Shown here: positions 1-9,695 of the stretch, in pieces
Numbering within the stretch: position 1 is the first letter of the stretch
Layout of the letters: each line of letters opens with the position of its first letter
Origin: Nitrospirales bacterium
GTDB taxonomy: Bacteria; Nitrospirota; Nitrospiria; Nitrospirales; UBA8639
DNA: 64,000 nt
NCBI GenBank assembly: GCA_050248735.1
Contig: JBFWRU010000005.1
Coordinates: 39,607 to 103,606, forward strand
Direction of reading: 5' to 3'
The notes under the pieces: generated by a model
Database searches by the model: none
What the model saw: the letters and a program-made list of their open reading frames with translations, nothing else
Told to the model about the DNA's origin: nothing
Made by a program: the position numbers and the translations under genes

Positions 1-731
1 TATCATTTGATCCGGGATACCGTTCTTCCCATTGACGGAGCAACCCCTTCACCTCTTTGCGCTTCAGATTTTCTTGAGACCCGCACAGGTCACACGGAAT
101 AATGGGAAATTGCTTTAACTCCGAATACTGCATTAGCTCGGCTTCCCGGACATAGGCCAGCGGCCGGATGACCACATGACGCCCATCATCCGATCGTAAT
201 TTGGGTGGCATCGTTTTGAGCGTTCCAGAGAAAAACAGATTCAGGACAAACGTTTCGATCATGTCGTCCCGATGATGGCCCAAGGCAATTTTGTTGGCAC
301 CCAGCTTATCGGCCAACCCATACAAAATACCGCGACGAAGGCGCGAACAGAGGGAACAGGTCGTCTCACCTTCGGGTATAACCCGTTTCACAACCGAATA
401 GGTATCCTGCTCTTCAATATGGAAAGGCACTCCCAACCCAGTCAAATAGGTCGGCAACACTTCAGCCGGAAACCCCGGCTGCTTTTGATCCAGGTTAACG
501 GCAATCAACTTGTAAGACACCGGAGCCCGGGATTGCATAGAAAGGAGAATATCCAGCATCCCATAGCTATCCTTGCCCCCGGACAGGCACACCATGACCG
601 TATCCCCGTCCTCAATCATGGTGAAATCGGCAACAGCCTGCCCCACCAAGCGGCATAATCGGGTGTGAAGTTTCTGGGCCGAACCCGTCAGATGAGTTTT
701 CGGAGCTAGCCTGGCAATCTGATGAATCATA
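1..731 (-). CDS. ttcA: tRNA 2-thiocytidine biosynthesis protein TtcA (3' end truncated by the window edge)
   Basis: This minus-strand ORF runs off the left edge, so it is absent from the ORF track. The ATG is at 731. My translation, [11 protein letters not shown]...[17 protein letters not shown], carries the PP-loop SGGKDS. It also has [10 protein letters not shown] and [17 protein letters not shown] Cys motifs, colinear with E. coli TtcA. Confidence 0.9.
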
Positions 732-779
732 TGGTCACATCCTTACCGTACTCTCTGACATCGAAGACAGATATCTGCC

Positions 780-1289
780 TCATTGTTCGCGAAAGGAAAA
801 ATCAACACTTGGGTTATTCGTGAAGGACACTTCAATTTCCCGAGTTGCTGCCCCCAGCATTTCATACCACCCGCAGATGCCGTGCCTTCCAGGAGAAAGA
901 GGAGGCAATCGATAACTTCCCGTTTCGTCGGTGACCACATAAGAGGAGTGATCAAACACCACGGGGGCGCCACTCATTAATTTATGTTCTCAGGTGCCTT
1001 CGCACTTTCTTGATACTCTTGGAAATAGGATTGGCCCACGGCAACACGGTCGACACTCACCACCACATCGGCCAGCCCGGCATCTTGGTATCCCGAATGA
1101 TTCGGGGAATACGCACGATGGTTCCACACACAGGGTCATCAGTCGTCACCGGCACCAGGTAAGGTTCGGGTTGAGTCCACCCCAAAAACATCTTCCCCGA
1201 CAATCTCACACCTTCCTGATCCGCCCGAACACGCCATGAAACTGAACCAGACAATCCATCATCACAATGAGCAGGGACGCGATCTTCAT
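780..1289 (-). pseudogene. Decayed gene for an exported cupredoxin / carboxypeptidase-regulatory-like protein
   Basis: A signal-peptide-like start (MKIASLLIVMM, ATG at 1289) hits a stop after 27 codons. Homology-like sequence continues in two other frames (..VTTDDPVCGTIVR.. then ..DVVVSVDRVAVGQ..). It ends in the 65-aa ORF 780..977 (HSSYVVTDETGSYRLPPLSPGRHGICGWYEMLG, typical C-terminal beta-sandwich tail). There are at least two frame changes and one in-frame stop, and the expected copper-binding core between the pieces appears to be missing. Confidence 0.45.
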
Positions 1290-1347
1290 GAAGATAGCCT
1301 AATGAGTCCCCCAGGAATGGTCAAGCAAGGGACATTGAGGAACCCCG

Positions 1348-3897
1348 GTGTACCTTTACTTCCCTATGCGACTGGATTATTCTTCCCCGGTCATGCCCCT
1401 TCATGACCACAGCCTTCTCCACCATTCGTTCTTTGCCAAAGTGTTTCCCGGTTGGCGAGGCAGTATTCGCCTTCGTCATACCGCCTTTCTTGCCACATTT
1501 GTCCTCTCCATCATGGGTCTGCTGGCGAGCATTATGCTGGCCAATCAACGGGCCACGCTGCACCACGCCGCCGAGGCAAAAGCCATTGCCTTTACCCAGG
1601 CGTTTGCATTGGGAGGGTGGGCCGCCATCCAGGATAATCTGCATCGAATCCAGGAATCCCTCATGGCCTATCCCCCCGACCCGGATATTCGGGAGACTGA
1701 CCTCGTCGATCATGACAACATGATCATCGCCTCGAAAACACCCGATCGAATCGGCCGGGTGCTTGAGGATCCGGATTGGCTGAACCTCAAGAACTCCAAC
1801 CGGACCGCATTCCGCTATACCGAATCTCCCGCCGGAGAGCCCTTGCTCGTCATTGTGGCGCCATTAACCGGACAAGGAAAAACCGACGCATGGCTTCGGG
1901 CGAGCTTTTCTCTCCAGGAGCTTCACCAGGAGGATATGCAATTGGTCCTCAGGATGAGTTTGATCACTCTCCTGTTGATGGGAGCCGTGATTGCCAGTCT
2001 TCGCTGGTCCCAAAACCGCATTTCTTCCATTCTCCTCAAGGTCATTGAGGAATTACAGGACACACTCGCCACCGGAAGTCCGACCGCCAAACTCTTGGGA
2101 CCCACTTCTGAGGAAACCTCCCCGGCGGAGGAGGCTCCCCCATTTCGTCTGGGCACCCTGGAACGACTCGACTCCACAGTGACGCAAACGATCGGGCTCC
2201 TCAAAACGCAATCCCAAGCGCTTCAAGAATCGGCGGTCATCTTGGAACGAAAGGTTCAGGAACGGACGGAAGCCTTATTGAAGGCCAAGGTCACATTGGA
2301 AAACGAAATCCAGGAACGTCGGCTGGCCCAGGATCAATTGGAGAAAATCAATCGTCAACACCAGCTTATTCTCCATTCAATGGGGGAAGGAATTTACGGC
2401 CTGGACCTTCAAGGAAAAGTCACCTTCATAAATCCGGCCGGGTCTGCTCTCCTGGGTTATGAGATCGATGAATTAATCGGCCGACCCGTTCATGAAACCA
2501 TCCACCATACCCATTCCGACGGCACAGGCTACGATCGGGGCACATGCCTCATACATGGCGGATTTTTAGGAGGGACCTCCCATCATACCGATAACGAATT
2601 CCTGTGGCGCAAGGATGGAACCGGATTTCCAGTGGAATTTACCAGTACCCCGATACGGGAACAGGGTAAGATAGTGGGAGCCGTAGTCATTTTTTCGGAC
2701 ATCACTGCCCGTCGTGAGGCGGAGGCAAAAGTCCAACACAGCGAGAATAAGCTCCGGCAAGCCCAAAAGATGGAAGCGATTGGCACACTGGCCGGGGGTA
2801 TTGCCCATGACTTCAATAATATTTTGACCGGCATGTTGGGGTATACCCAGCTTGCACAGTTCAAAATGGAGAAACAGGATCAGGCTCATGACTTTTTGGA
2901 ACAGGTCGTAACCGCAGGCAAACGCGCCAAAGATCTTGTCAAGCAGATTCTGACATTCAGCCGCCAAACCGAACCCAACCACCAACCGCTTGATGTCCGA
3001 ATCATTATTGAGGAAGCTCTGACCCTGATACGAGCCACACTGCCTGCCACGATTGAAGTAAAAGCCGAACTTTCCCAAACCACCGGTCTGGTGCTAGCCG
3101 ATCAGACACAAATTCACCAGGTCTTGATTAATCTTTTCGCCAATGCCGAACATGCCATGCGAGGGAAACACGGAACCATTACCGTGAGACTGGAAGACCT
3201 CTACCTCGATTCCAGCGGACAGACCAAATTCCAGGATCTGCCGCCCGGCTCCTATTGTCGAATCAGCATTGCGGACAAAGGAACCGGTATAGCTCCTCAC
3301 ATCCTCCCTCGTATTTTTGATCCATTTTTCACCACCAAGGATGTTGGATCAGGAACAGGGATGGGCCTCTCGGTCGCCCACGGCATTATCACCACCCATG
3401 GTGGTACGATCACCGTGGACAGTCATTTGGGAGTCGGAACCACGTTTTCCATATTTCTCCCCCACCTGCAAGACACATCCTCCTGCTTGTTGCAGGAACC
3501 GGGTAAATCTGAACTGGTCAAAAAAGAGGGACACATCTTGTTTATTGACGACGAGGAAGTCATTTCACAAATGGGACAACGACTGCTCCACCACCTGGGC
3601 TATACCGTCACGACCTGCACGAGCGGACTCGTCGCCTTGGAGATATTTCGCACGAATCCCGATCGCTTTGATGCCGTCATCACCGATCAAACCATGCCCA
3701 AAATCACGGGGGAACACCTCGCCACCGAACTTCTCAAAATCCGACCTTCCCTTCCCATCATCGTGTGTACAGGATTCAGCTATACCCTCAGCCCGGAAAA
3801 AGCGCAGGCATTGGGCATTCGCCGACTGCTGAATAAACCCCTCCTCATTCAGGAACTCGCTGCAGCGTTGGAAGAGGTATTACCCCAAAATGTCTAA
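1348..3897 (+). CDS. Hybrid sensor histidine kinase (TM/periplasmic region, coiled coil, PAS, HisKA, HATPase_c, C-terminal receiver)
   Basis: 849-aa ORF with H-box GGIAHDFNNILTGMLG and G-boxes DKGTGI / GSGTGMGLS. The C-terminal receiver has ILFIDDEE...AVITDQTMP...LLNKP. The exact start (GTG at 1348 or a downstream Met) is uncertain. Confidence 0.85.
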   Translation: MYLYFPMRLDYSSPVMPLHDHSLLHHSFFAKVFPGWRGSIRLRHTAFLATFVLSIMGLLASIMLANQRATLHHAAEAKAIAFTQAFALGGWAAIQDNLHRIQESLMAYPPDPDIRETDLVDHDNMIIASKTPDRIGRVLEDPDWLNLKNSNRTAFRYTESPAGEPLLVIVAPLTGQGKTDAWLRASFSLQELHQEDMQLVLRMSLITLLLMGAVIASLRWSQNRISSILLKVIEELQDTLATGSPTAKLLGPTSEETSPAEEAPPFRLGTLERLDSTVTQTIGLLKTQSQALQESAVILERKVQERTEALLKAKVTLENEIQERRLAQDQLEKINRQHQLILHSMGEGIYGLDLQGKVTFINPAGSALLGYEIDELIGRPVHETIHHTHSDGTGYDRGTCLIHGGFLGGTSHHTDNEFLWRKDGTGFPVEFTSTPIREQGKIVGAVVIFSDITARREAEAKVQHSENKLRQAQKMEAIGTLAGGIAHDFNNILTGMLGYTQLAQFKMEKQDQAHDFLEQVVTAGKRAKDLVKQILTFSRQTEPNHQPLDVRIIIEEALTLIRATLPATIEVKAELSQTTGLVLADQTQIHQVLINLFANAEHAMRGKHGTITVRLEDLYLDSSGQTKFQDLPPGSYCRISIADKGTGIAPHILPRIFDPFFTTKDVGSGTGMGLSVAHGIITTHGGTITVDSHLGVGTTFSIFLPHLQDTSSCLLQEPGKSELVKKEGHILFIDDEEVISQMGQRLLHHLGYTVTTCTSGLVALEIFRTNPDRFDAVITDQTMPKITGEHLATELLKIRPSLPIIVCTGFSYTLSPEKAQALGIRRLLNKPLLIQELAAALEEVLPQNV

Positions 3898-4000
3898 TGC
3901 CATGAAACGGGAGAGAACGATTGGAAATCCTCTATTCCAGGTAAACCGAGGCAGGATACCGGAGGACGCTCTCCCTGTTCGGAGGGAGAAAATCACATGA

Positions 4001-4558
4001 TTACACAGCCCTGGCGGTCGGCATCCGTTTTTGACGTGATGATTGAGCAAAGGAGCTATGGACCAGTGGCGGCAGGATTTGCTGGACCAGGCTGGACTCG
4101 CGGCGGTAGAACCCTTCCGTATGAAAAGAATCTTGTAACCCCAGACATTCATAATCTAAATGATGACAGAGTTCGTGCAGCACCGTCCGGAGAAAGGTCT
4201 TGAAAGCGACGACTTGCCGTCGCTTAGCCGTTCGCATCCATAATTTCATGCGTGGATATTTGCGACCTTCGGCCGGATAATACAATCCATGTAATTCCAT
4301 CTTGGAATTCGACGGGCGGGTATCCAGCAAATCCAAACGAACCTGTTGAATCCCCAATTGATCGGTAATGGCATCCAACAAATGCTGGACCCATTTTTTC
4401 GTCCGATCCAACCGACCTGATCGTAGCGCTTCCTGAACCTTCGTAGCTAAGGGTTGAAGCGACTCAGGATCGGGCAAAGGAAACGCCACAACCCGATCAC
4501 TCTCCTGGTAAATCCGTTTTTGTTTGAAATTCAGTCCGTTGTAATAACCAAACAGCAT
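4001..4558 (-). CDS. Conserved hypothetical protein with an HExxH zinc-metallopeptidase-like motif
   Basis: 185-aa ORF with VLHELCHHLDYE (HExxH) followed by FHTEGF. I cannot assign a family from sequence alone. Confidence 0.6.
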   Translation of the reverse strand: MLFGYYNGLNFKQKRIYQESDRVVAFPLPDPESLQPLATKVQEALRSGRLDRTKKWVQHLLDAITDQLGIQQVRLDLLDTRPSNSKMELHGLYYPAEGRKYPRMKLWMRTAKRRQVVAFKTFLRTVLHELCHHLDYECLGLQDSFHTEGFYRRESSLVQQILPPLVHSSFAQSSRQKRMPTARAV

Positions 4559-4820
4559 GGCACCTTATCCCATCTTATAAAGCCAGAATACCGGTCACGG
4601 AACCTCCACCCTAACGACTCTCCTCAACCCGGTTCCATGACATTTTCTTCCAGGATTGGGTATTTTCCTGGAAGTTGGTACAGTTTGGCCAGACCTAATT
4701 TCGAAGTTTCACGTCAGTCTGTGCCCTATGGGCATTTGATGGTGGGAAGAGGGCCTTTCGGCAGACCTAATACATTGATTTAAAAAGATTTTTAAAATTA
4801 ATTCAAAAAGGAGGTCCGCC

Positions 4821-5024
4821 ATGAAAAATAAACGAAAAATTCATGATGGAATTGCAGGGGGGATGATTACCTTAGGGGTTTTACTTGGGGTTTATGTGAG
4901 TCCCCAGTGGTTATGGCTTCCGGGCATTTTGGGGGTCACCCTGTTGCAAAGTGGATTCACCGGGTTTTGCCCGGTCTATTACATCCTAGACCGAACCTGT
5001 CCATTGGAAGATAGAACTCCCTAA
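4821..5024 (+). CDS. DUF2892 (YgaP-like) small membrane protein
   Basis: 67 aa, RBS AAAGGAGG 6 nt upstream. It has two hydrophobic helices and the characteristic LLQSGFTGFCPVYYIL motif. Confidence 0.75.
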   Translation: MKNKRKIHDGIAGGMITLGVLLGVYVSPQWLWLPGILGVTLLQSGFTGFCPVYYILDRTCPLEDRTP

Positions 5025-5252
5025 GCTCTTCGTTTTCTTTGGCCATAGTCTATCTCGCCGAGAGAAGGTCAAGTCATGCCTCTTGTCTAAGGACGGCCAT
5101 TCTCCACACGGAAAGTCTGATTCCGAGGGGAAAAGCACCATCAAAGCCAACGCAAATGGCCTCGAAGATTTGAACGGGACGGGGTATAAAGCGTTCGCCA
5201 TCCCCGGTCAATAACTGCGGCTTGGGAATTAAGACGTTGATCGTGTGAGGTT

Positions 5253-5651
5253 TTACACCACAGGAGTTAACCCCACGATGAGTTGGCGTTCCCTGGGGCC
5301 GTCAAGTTCAACTAATAGGACCGATTGCCAGGTCCCCAAACGCAACTCCCCATCCATCACGGGCAGGGTCAACGACGCCCCGATCAAAGAGGCAGCCATA
5401 TGCGACCAGGCATGAGAGGGATCATGGGCATGACGAAATCTGATCTGTGGAATGATTTTTTCGGCAACCTCGAGGAGGTCTTCCTCCGTGCCCTCTCCGA
5501 TTTCCCCGGTCGTCAGCGCAGCGGTGGTATGAGTCAGAAAGACGTGGCATAAGCCATTCTGGAAATTCTTACTTTGAATAATCTTGTTCAGTTCCGGCGT
5601 GAGATCCACAATATCTTTGAGTTTCTTTGTTTTCACCTGTACCGTTTCCAT
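5253..5651 (-). CDS. YjbQ/UPF0047 family protein (secondary thiamine-phosphate synthase-like)
   Basis: Motifs CHVFLTHTTAALTTGE, HAWSHMAASLIGASLTLPV and GELRLGTWQSVLLVELDGPRER. I prefer the internal ATG at 5651 (METVQV), which is preceded by GGGAGGG. The ORF track extends the frame to 5777. Confidence 0.8.
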   Translation of the reverse strand: METVQVKTKKLKDIVDLTPELNKIIQSKNFQNGLCHVFLTHTTAALTTGEIGEGTEEDLLEVAEKIIPQIRFRHAHDPSHAWSHMAASLIGASLTLPVMDGELRLGTWQSVLLVELDGPRERQLIVGLTPVV

Positions 5652-5779
5652 GATTCCCTCCCTGGCTTGCTTCTTTTTAAGGACTTCTTCGATTACCATT
5701 GGGATTTTTGTTGGCGTAACTGCCGGATAAATTTCAAATGCTTCAGATGTAATCGTCTTTGTATTTCTTGAGTGCAAGT

Positions 5780-7249
5780 TCAGGCCCCTACTGGTTCTTC
5801 AACTTGAGGAAGCGAAGATTCCGGCAGATGGATGGTCACTGTTAAGCCACCGCCCGGGATGTTGGCCAAACTGATGTCCCCACCATGATTGCGAACGATG
5901 GACCGTGCGATGGCCATGCCCAGGCCGATTCCTCCGGTTTGTTTATTGCGGGATTCCTCCAGGCGAACGAATGGCTGAAAGACTCGTTCAAAATCTTTCT
6001 CGGGAATTCCCGGACCGTTATCTTGAATCGCAATCTGAAACTCCGTGTCATGCTGCCGGAGCGTCACCTCGGCCCGACCTCCATAGTTCACGGCATTTTC
6101 AATCACATTTCGAATGGCCCGTTTGAGGCTGGTGGGGCGGCAGGTGTATGGAGTTCTCTTCACACTCTCAAATTTCACATCCATTCCCATATCGGCCAAG
6201 TCCTGACACAGGCTATCAATCAGGGCGCTGAGATCGACCGAACGCGACCGTTCCGTTGAGGCCTCATCACGGGCAAAAGCCAGAGTCGCTTCCGTCATTC
6301 GTTGCATGTCTTCCAAGGTTTCCAGCATTTTGCCTCTCGCTTCCCGGTCTTTCAGGAGTTCGACTTGAAGCCGAAGAGAGGTAATGGGACTGCGTAAATC
6401 GTGGCTGATGGCCGCCAACATTCTCGTTCGATCCTGAACAAACCGTTGAAGACGTTCATACATGCGGTTAAACGCCAGGATAGTCTGCCGGATATCAACG
6501 GGACCCTCTTCGGACATGGGCGTGATGGATTCTCCTCGACCGACCCGCTCCGCAACATCCGTCAGTTGCTTCAGCGGACGGGTAATGCGTTGCAGCATCA
6601 ACACGACAATCAGGCAAATGCTGCCTCCGGTTAGCACCATCGAAATCAGCGTCGGCAGAGCCCAGCGGCCGAGTGATGGCGTCACCCCCATGCCGACATT
6701 GAGCCACCGGCCGTCCTGGAGACGCGCGGATATCAGCAGGCCCGGTTCATCAACATCTGAAAGCGGAAGAGGAAAGGATGATCCGGGGATGTCACTTGGT
6801 AATGCGGAATTCTTAACGCCGCCCGGCATCTCGCGTATTTTCTTTTTCCATAATGCGTCCTGTTGGGGAAGCATGAACCTCAGTTCAGACACTGCGTTCT
6901 TCTTCAGCAAATCCTTGAGACGGCTGATCCACTCATGATCACCCTGCGGGAGGCCTTTGGGAATAAGGCTGGCTTCAGATAACCAGTAATACAGTTTTCG
7001 GGAACTGGCGGCCTGAACCATCCGATCGTGCAAGTCGACCGGGCTGTGTTCAATGAGATCGATGAGGGAGGCGGTTCGTTCGAGAATCTGAGTCCGTTCA
7101 ACCGATCGGATGGCCCCGCGGCGTTCATCCGTAAAAATCAGAAAGTTGGCAACCTGCGCAATAATGAGCGAACCCAGCAAAAGGCCGATCATCTGGCTGG
7201 TCAGCCGCTGCGGCCACCAGCGTCGAGCGAATGAACGGATCGGTTTCAT
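5780..7249 (-). CDS. Sensor histidine kinase (2 TM, HAMP, HisKA, HATPase_c), partner of the upstream OmpR-type regulator
   Basis: H-box AAISHDLRSPITSL, N-box IRNVIENAVNYG, G-boxes DNGPGI / GGIGLGMAI. The start ATG at 7249 (MKPIRS) forms an ATGA overlap with the regulator stop. The ORF track extends the frame to 7291. Confidence 0.85.
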   Translation of the reverse strand: MKPIRSFARRWWPQRLTSQMIGLLLGSLIIAQVANFLIFTDERRGAIRSVERTQILERTASLIDLIEHSPVDLHDRMVQAASSRKLYYWLSEASLIPKGLPQGDHEWISRLKDLLKKNAVSELRFMLPQQDALWKKKIREMPGGVKNSALPSDIPGSSFPLPLSDVDEPGLLISARLQDGRWLNVGMGVTPSLGRWALPTLISMVLTGGSICLIVVLMLQRITRPLKQLTDVAERVGRGESITPMSEEGPVDIRQTILAFNRMYERLQRFVQDRTRMLAAISHDLRSPITSLRLQVELLKDREARGKMLETLEDMQRMTEATLAFARDEASTERSRSVDLSALIDSLCQDLADMGMDVKFESVKRTPYTCRPTSLKRAIRNVIENAVNYGGRAEVTLRQHDTEFQIAIQDNGPGIPEKDFERVFQPFVRLEESRNKQTGGIGLGMAIARSIVRNHGGDISLANIPGGGLTVTIHLPESSLPQVEEPVGA

Positions 7250-7971
7250 TCGAGGATGACTTCCGCCGTGAACGTATAGCCGCCGCCCCATACGGTCTTA
7301 ATCAAGATGGGTGACTTGGGATCCACTTCGATCTTTTTTCGCAACCGGCTGACCTGGTTGTCGATACTGCGATCAAAGACATCGCCCGCACGATGACGCG
7401 TGAGATCCAGTAATTGGTCCCGCGTCAACACCATGTGCGGATGATTGAGGAACACCGTCAGTAATACGAATTCACCCGTGCTGAGCGGAATGGCCACGCC
7501 ATCTTCGCCCATGAGTTCCCGTTGCGACACATGGAGGACCCATTCCCCAAACTTCATGATGGTTCCCGCAATGCGACGCTCCTTCCAGGGCAGGCTGTTC
7601 GCACGCCGGAGCACGGACTTGACTCGTGCCAGCAATTCACGGGGATTGAACGGTTTCACCACATAATCATCGGCACCCATTTCCAGCCCGATCACGCGGT
7701 CCATGTCTTCCGACATGGCCGTGAGCAAAATAACGGGAATGTCCTTTGTTTCACGTAAATGCCGACAAAGAGAGAGGCCGTCTTCTCCCGGCATCATAAT
7801 ATCCAGGACCACGAGGTCGATGGCGCTGTTCTCAAGGATTTTTCGGGCTTCCGCTGTGTTTCCGGCCGAACTCAGCCGAAAGCCTTTTTGAGTGAGATAG
7901 GCGGAAAGCGGATTGCGGATATCCGGCTGATCATCAACGACGAGTATATGTGGCAACGAAGCGGAATCCAT
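7246..7971 (-). CDS. OmpR/PhoB-family response regulator
   Basis: Receiver ILVVDDQPD...LVVLDIMMPGEDG...KPF plus a winged-helix C-terminus (IKTVWGGGYTF). The ATG at 7971 is preceded by AGGAGG. A TTG at 7998 is the ORF-track alternative. Confidence 0.9.
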   Translation of the reverse strand: MDSASLPHILVVDDQPDIRNPLSAYLTQKGFRLSSAGNTAEARKILENSAIDLVVLDIMMPGEDGLSLCRHLRETKDIPVILLTAMSEDMDRVIGLEMGADDYVVKPFNPRELLARVKSVLRRANSLPWKERRIAGTIMKFGEWVLHVSQRELMGEDGVAIPLSTGEFVLLTVFLNHPHMVLTRDQLLDLTRHRAGDVFDRSIDNQVSRLRKKIEVDPKSPILIKTVWGGGYTFTAEVILE

Positions 7972-8179
7972 ATGCCTCCTGACCCGTTCCTTCTTCAACT
8001 ATTATGACGCGAACACCGGAAGTGTGGAAAAGAAAATTGTATCAAAGTTTGTCAGAAGGGAATTCTGGCAGGTTTGCTTACAAAAAAGAAGGATTTGGAA
8101 AAATTTCCGTGAAATTTCCTGGTTATACTGACCGAACAGAGTATTAGGAGTTTTATCCCCTGTTCCATGAAGAAAGACG

Positions 8180-9667
8180 ATGAGCCCCTTGAACATCCCG
8201 AGCCACCAGTACATTCCTGATGTTGAACGGTGCATGATCGACCGACGATTTTGGCACCGCCTCTTTATGAGTTTCACCATGGTCCTGATGACGACAGGTT
8301 GTCTGATAGATCCCCAGCCGATTGACTTAAAAACCCGTACGCCCAATTCCTTTTCCCGTTCAGGCCCAATGCCGTTGCCCGATAAATGGTGGGAAGCGTT
8401 TGACGATCCGGTCCTTGACCGGATGATTGAAACCGCCCTGACAGATAATTTTTCACTCCTGGCGACCTGGGACCGTCTGAAGCAGGCCGAAGCGATTGCC
8501 GTGCGCGAACGGGCACAACGATTTCCCGGTCTCAATGCAACCAATACGTTGAGCCGCAGTCGCGATAGTGAGGGCAATCAGACAGACCGGGTCGGACTGG
8601 GATTACAAATGGCCTACGAGCTTGACCTGTGGGGACGGGTACGGGCCAATACCAGTGCGGCCTACTTCGAGGTGCAGGCCAGTCAGGCCGATTTAACCGT
8701 CGCGGCGATCACATTATCGGCTGAAATCGCCAAAACCTGGTATAGCCTGCTCGAACAACAAGGGCAACTGTCATTACTTGAAAATCAGATATCGACCAAC
8801 GAGCAAGTGCTCAAATTAGTCACCCTGCGATTCCGGCAGGGCGTCGCCTCTGCGGCCGACGTGCTGCGTCAGCGGCAATTGGTTGAGCAAACTCGGGGTG
8901 ACACCAAAGATGTCCGGTCGCAGATCGAGACGCTGAGCCATCAACTCGCCGTCCTCCTCGGTCAACCGCCAAAATCGGTGGACATTCCCAGCGACAAATC
9001 CTTGATCCAATTACCGCCGCTTCCCAGTACCGGCCTGCCGGGGGAGTTAATTCAACGGCGCCCTGACGTGCAGGCGATTTTTTACCAGGTCCAGGCAGCC
9101 GATGCCCGTGTCGCGGCCGCCATTGCCGAACGTTTTCCACGCATTGATCTGGCCGGTGCGCTGACCACCAATCTCAGCTCAACGCTGGCCGGGGGGGCAT
9201 TCGCGAGGACTCCTGCAGGGCTCTTTGCCAGTTGGTTAGCCACCGTTTCGGCACAAATTGTGTTACCCATCATCGATGGCGGAGCACGGAGGGCGGAAGT
9301 GGATCGAACGAAAGCCGTTCTCTCCGAAGTCCTGCACAATTATGAGGCCACAATCCTTCAGGCATTTCAAGAAGTTGAAAATTCATTAATTCGTGAGGCG
9401 CAGCAACGGGAAAAAACGGCCAGTCTGGAAGAGCAGTTTCAACTCGCCACCCAAGTCATTCAACGTCTGCGGGCCCGCTATATTCACGGTGGGACCGCCT
9501 ATCTGGATGTGCTCAATGCTCTGAGCAGCCAACAAGGTCTTGAACGCCAGATTCTGACCGCCCGGCGGACGTTGATCGATTTCCGGGTGGATCTGGCCAA
9601 GGCTCTGGCCGGCGGGTGGTATATGACCAAACCTGAAATCCGTGAATTAACCATTTCTACCGGATAA
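8180..9667 (+). CDS. RND efflux outer-membrane lipoprotein, NodT family
   Basis: 495 aa with lipobox VLMTTGC, WWEAFDDPVLDRMIE near the N-terminus, and two OEP repeats. An alternative start is at 8234 (MIDRRF). Confidence 0.85.
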   Translation: MSPLNIPSHQYIPDVERCMIDRRFWHRLFMSFTMVLMTTGCLIDPQPIDLKTRTPNSFSRSGPMPLPDKWWEAFDDPVLDRMIETALTDNFSLLATWDRLKQAEAIAVRERAQRFPGLNATNTLSRSRDSEGNQTDRVGLGLQMAYELDLWGRVRANTSAAYFEVQASQADLTVAAITLSAEIAKTWYSLLEQQGQLSLLENQISTNEQVLKLVTLRFRQGVASAADVLRQRQLVEQTRGDTKDVRSQIETLSHQLAVLLGQPPKSVDIPSDKSLIQLPPLPSTGLPGELIQRRPDVQAIFYQVQAADARVAAAIAERFPRIDLAGALTTNLSSTLAGGAFARTPAGLFASWLATVSAQIVLPIIDGGARRAEVDRTKAVLSEVLHNYEATILQAFQEVENSLIREAQQREKTASLEEQFQLATQVIQRLRARYIHGGTAYLDVLNALSSQQGLERQILTARRTLIDFRVDLAKALAGGWYMTKPEIRELTISTG

Positions 9668-9695
9668 GGAATTCCGGCCTCTCCCTCGACCAATC

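Noticed and set aside
8066-8078. TGGCAGGTTTGCT in the RR/NodT intergenic region as a sigma-54 promoter
   Set aside because: The spacing between GG and GC is three nucleotides too short.
8002-8577. 191-aa minus-strand ORF spanning the RR/NodT intergenic region
   Set aside because: It overlaps the well-supported NodT lipoprotein N-terminus and has Arg/Ser-rich low-complexity composition.
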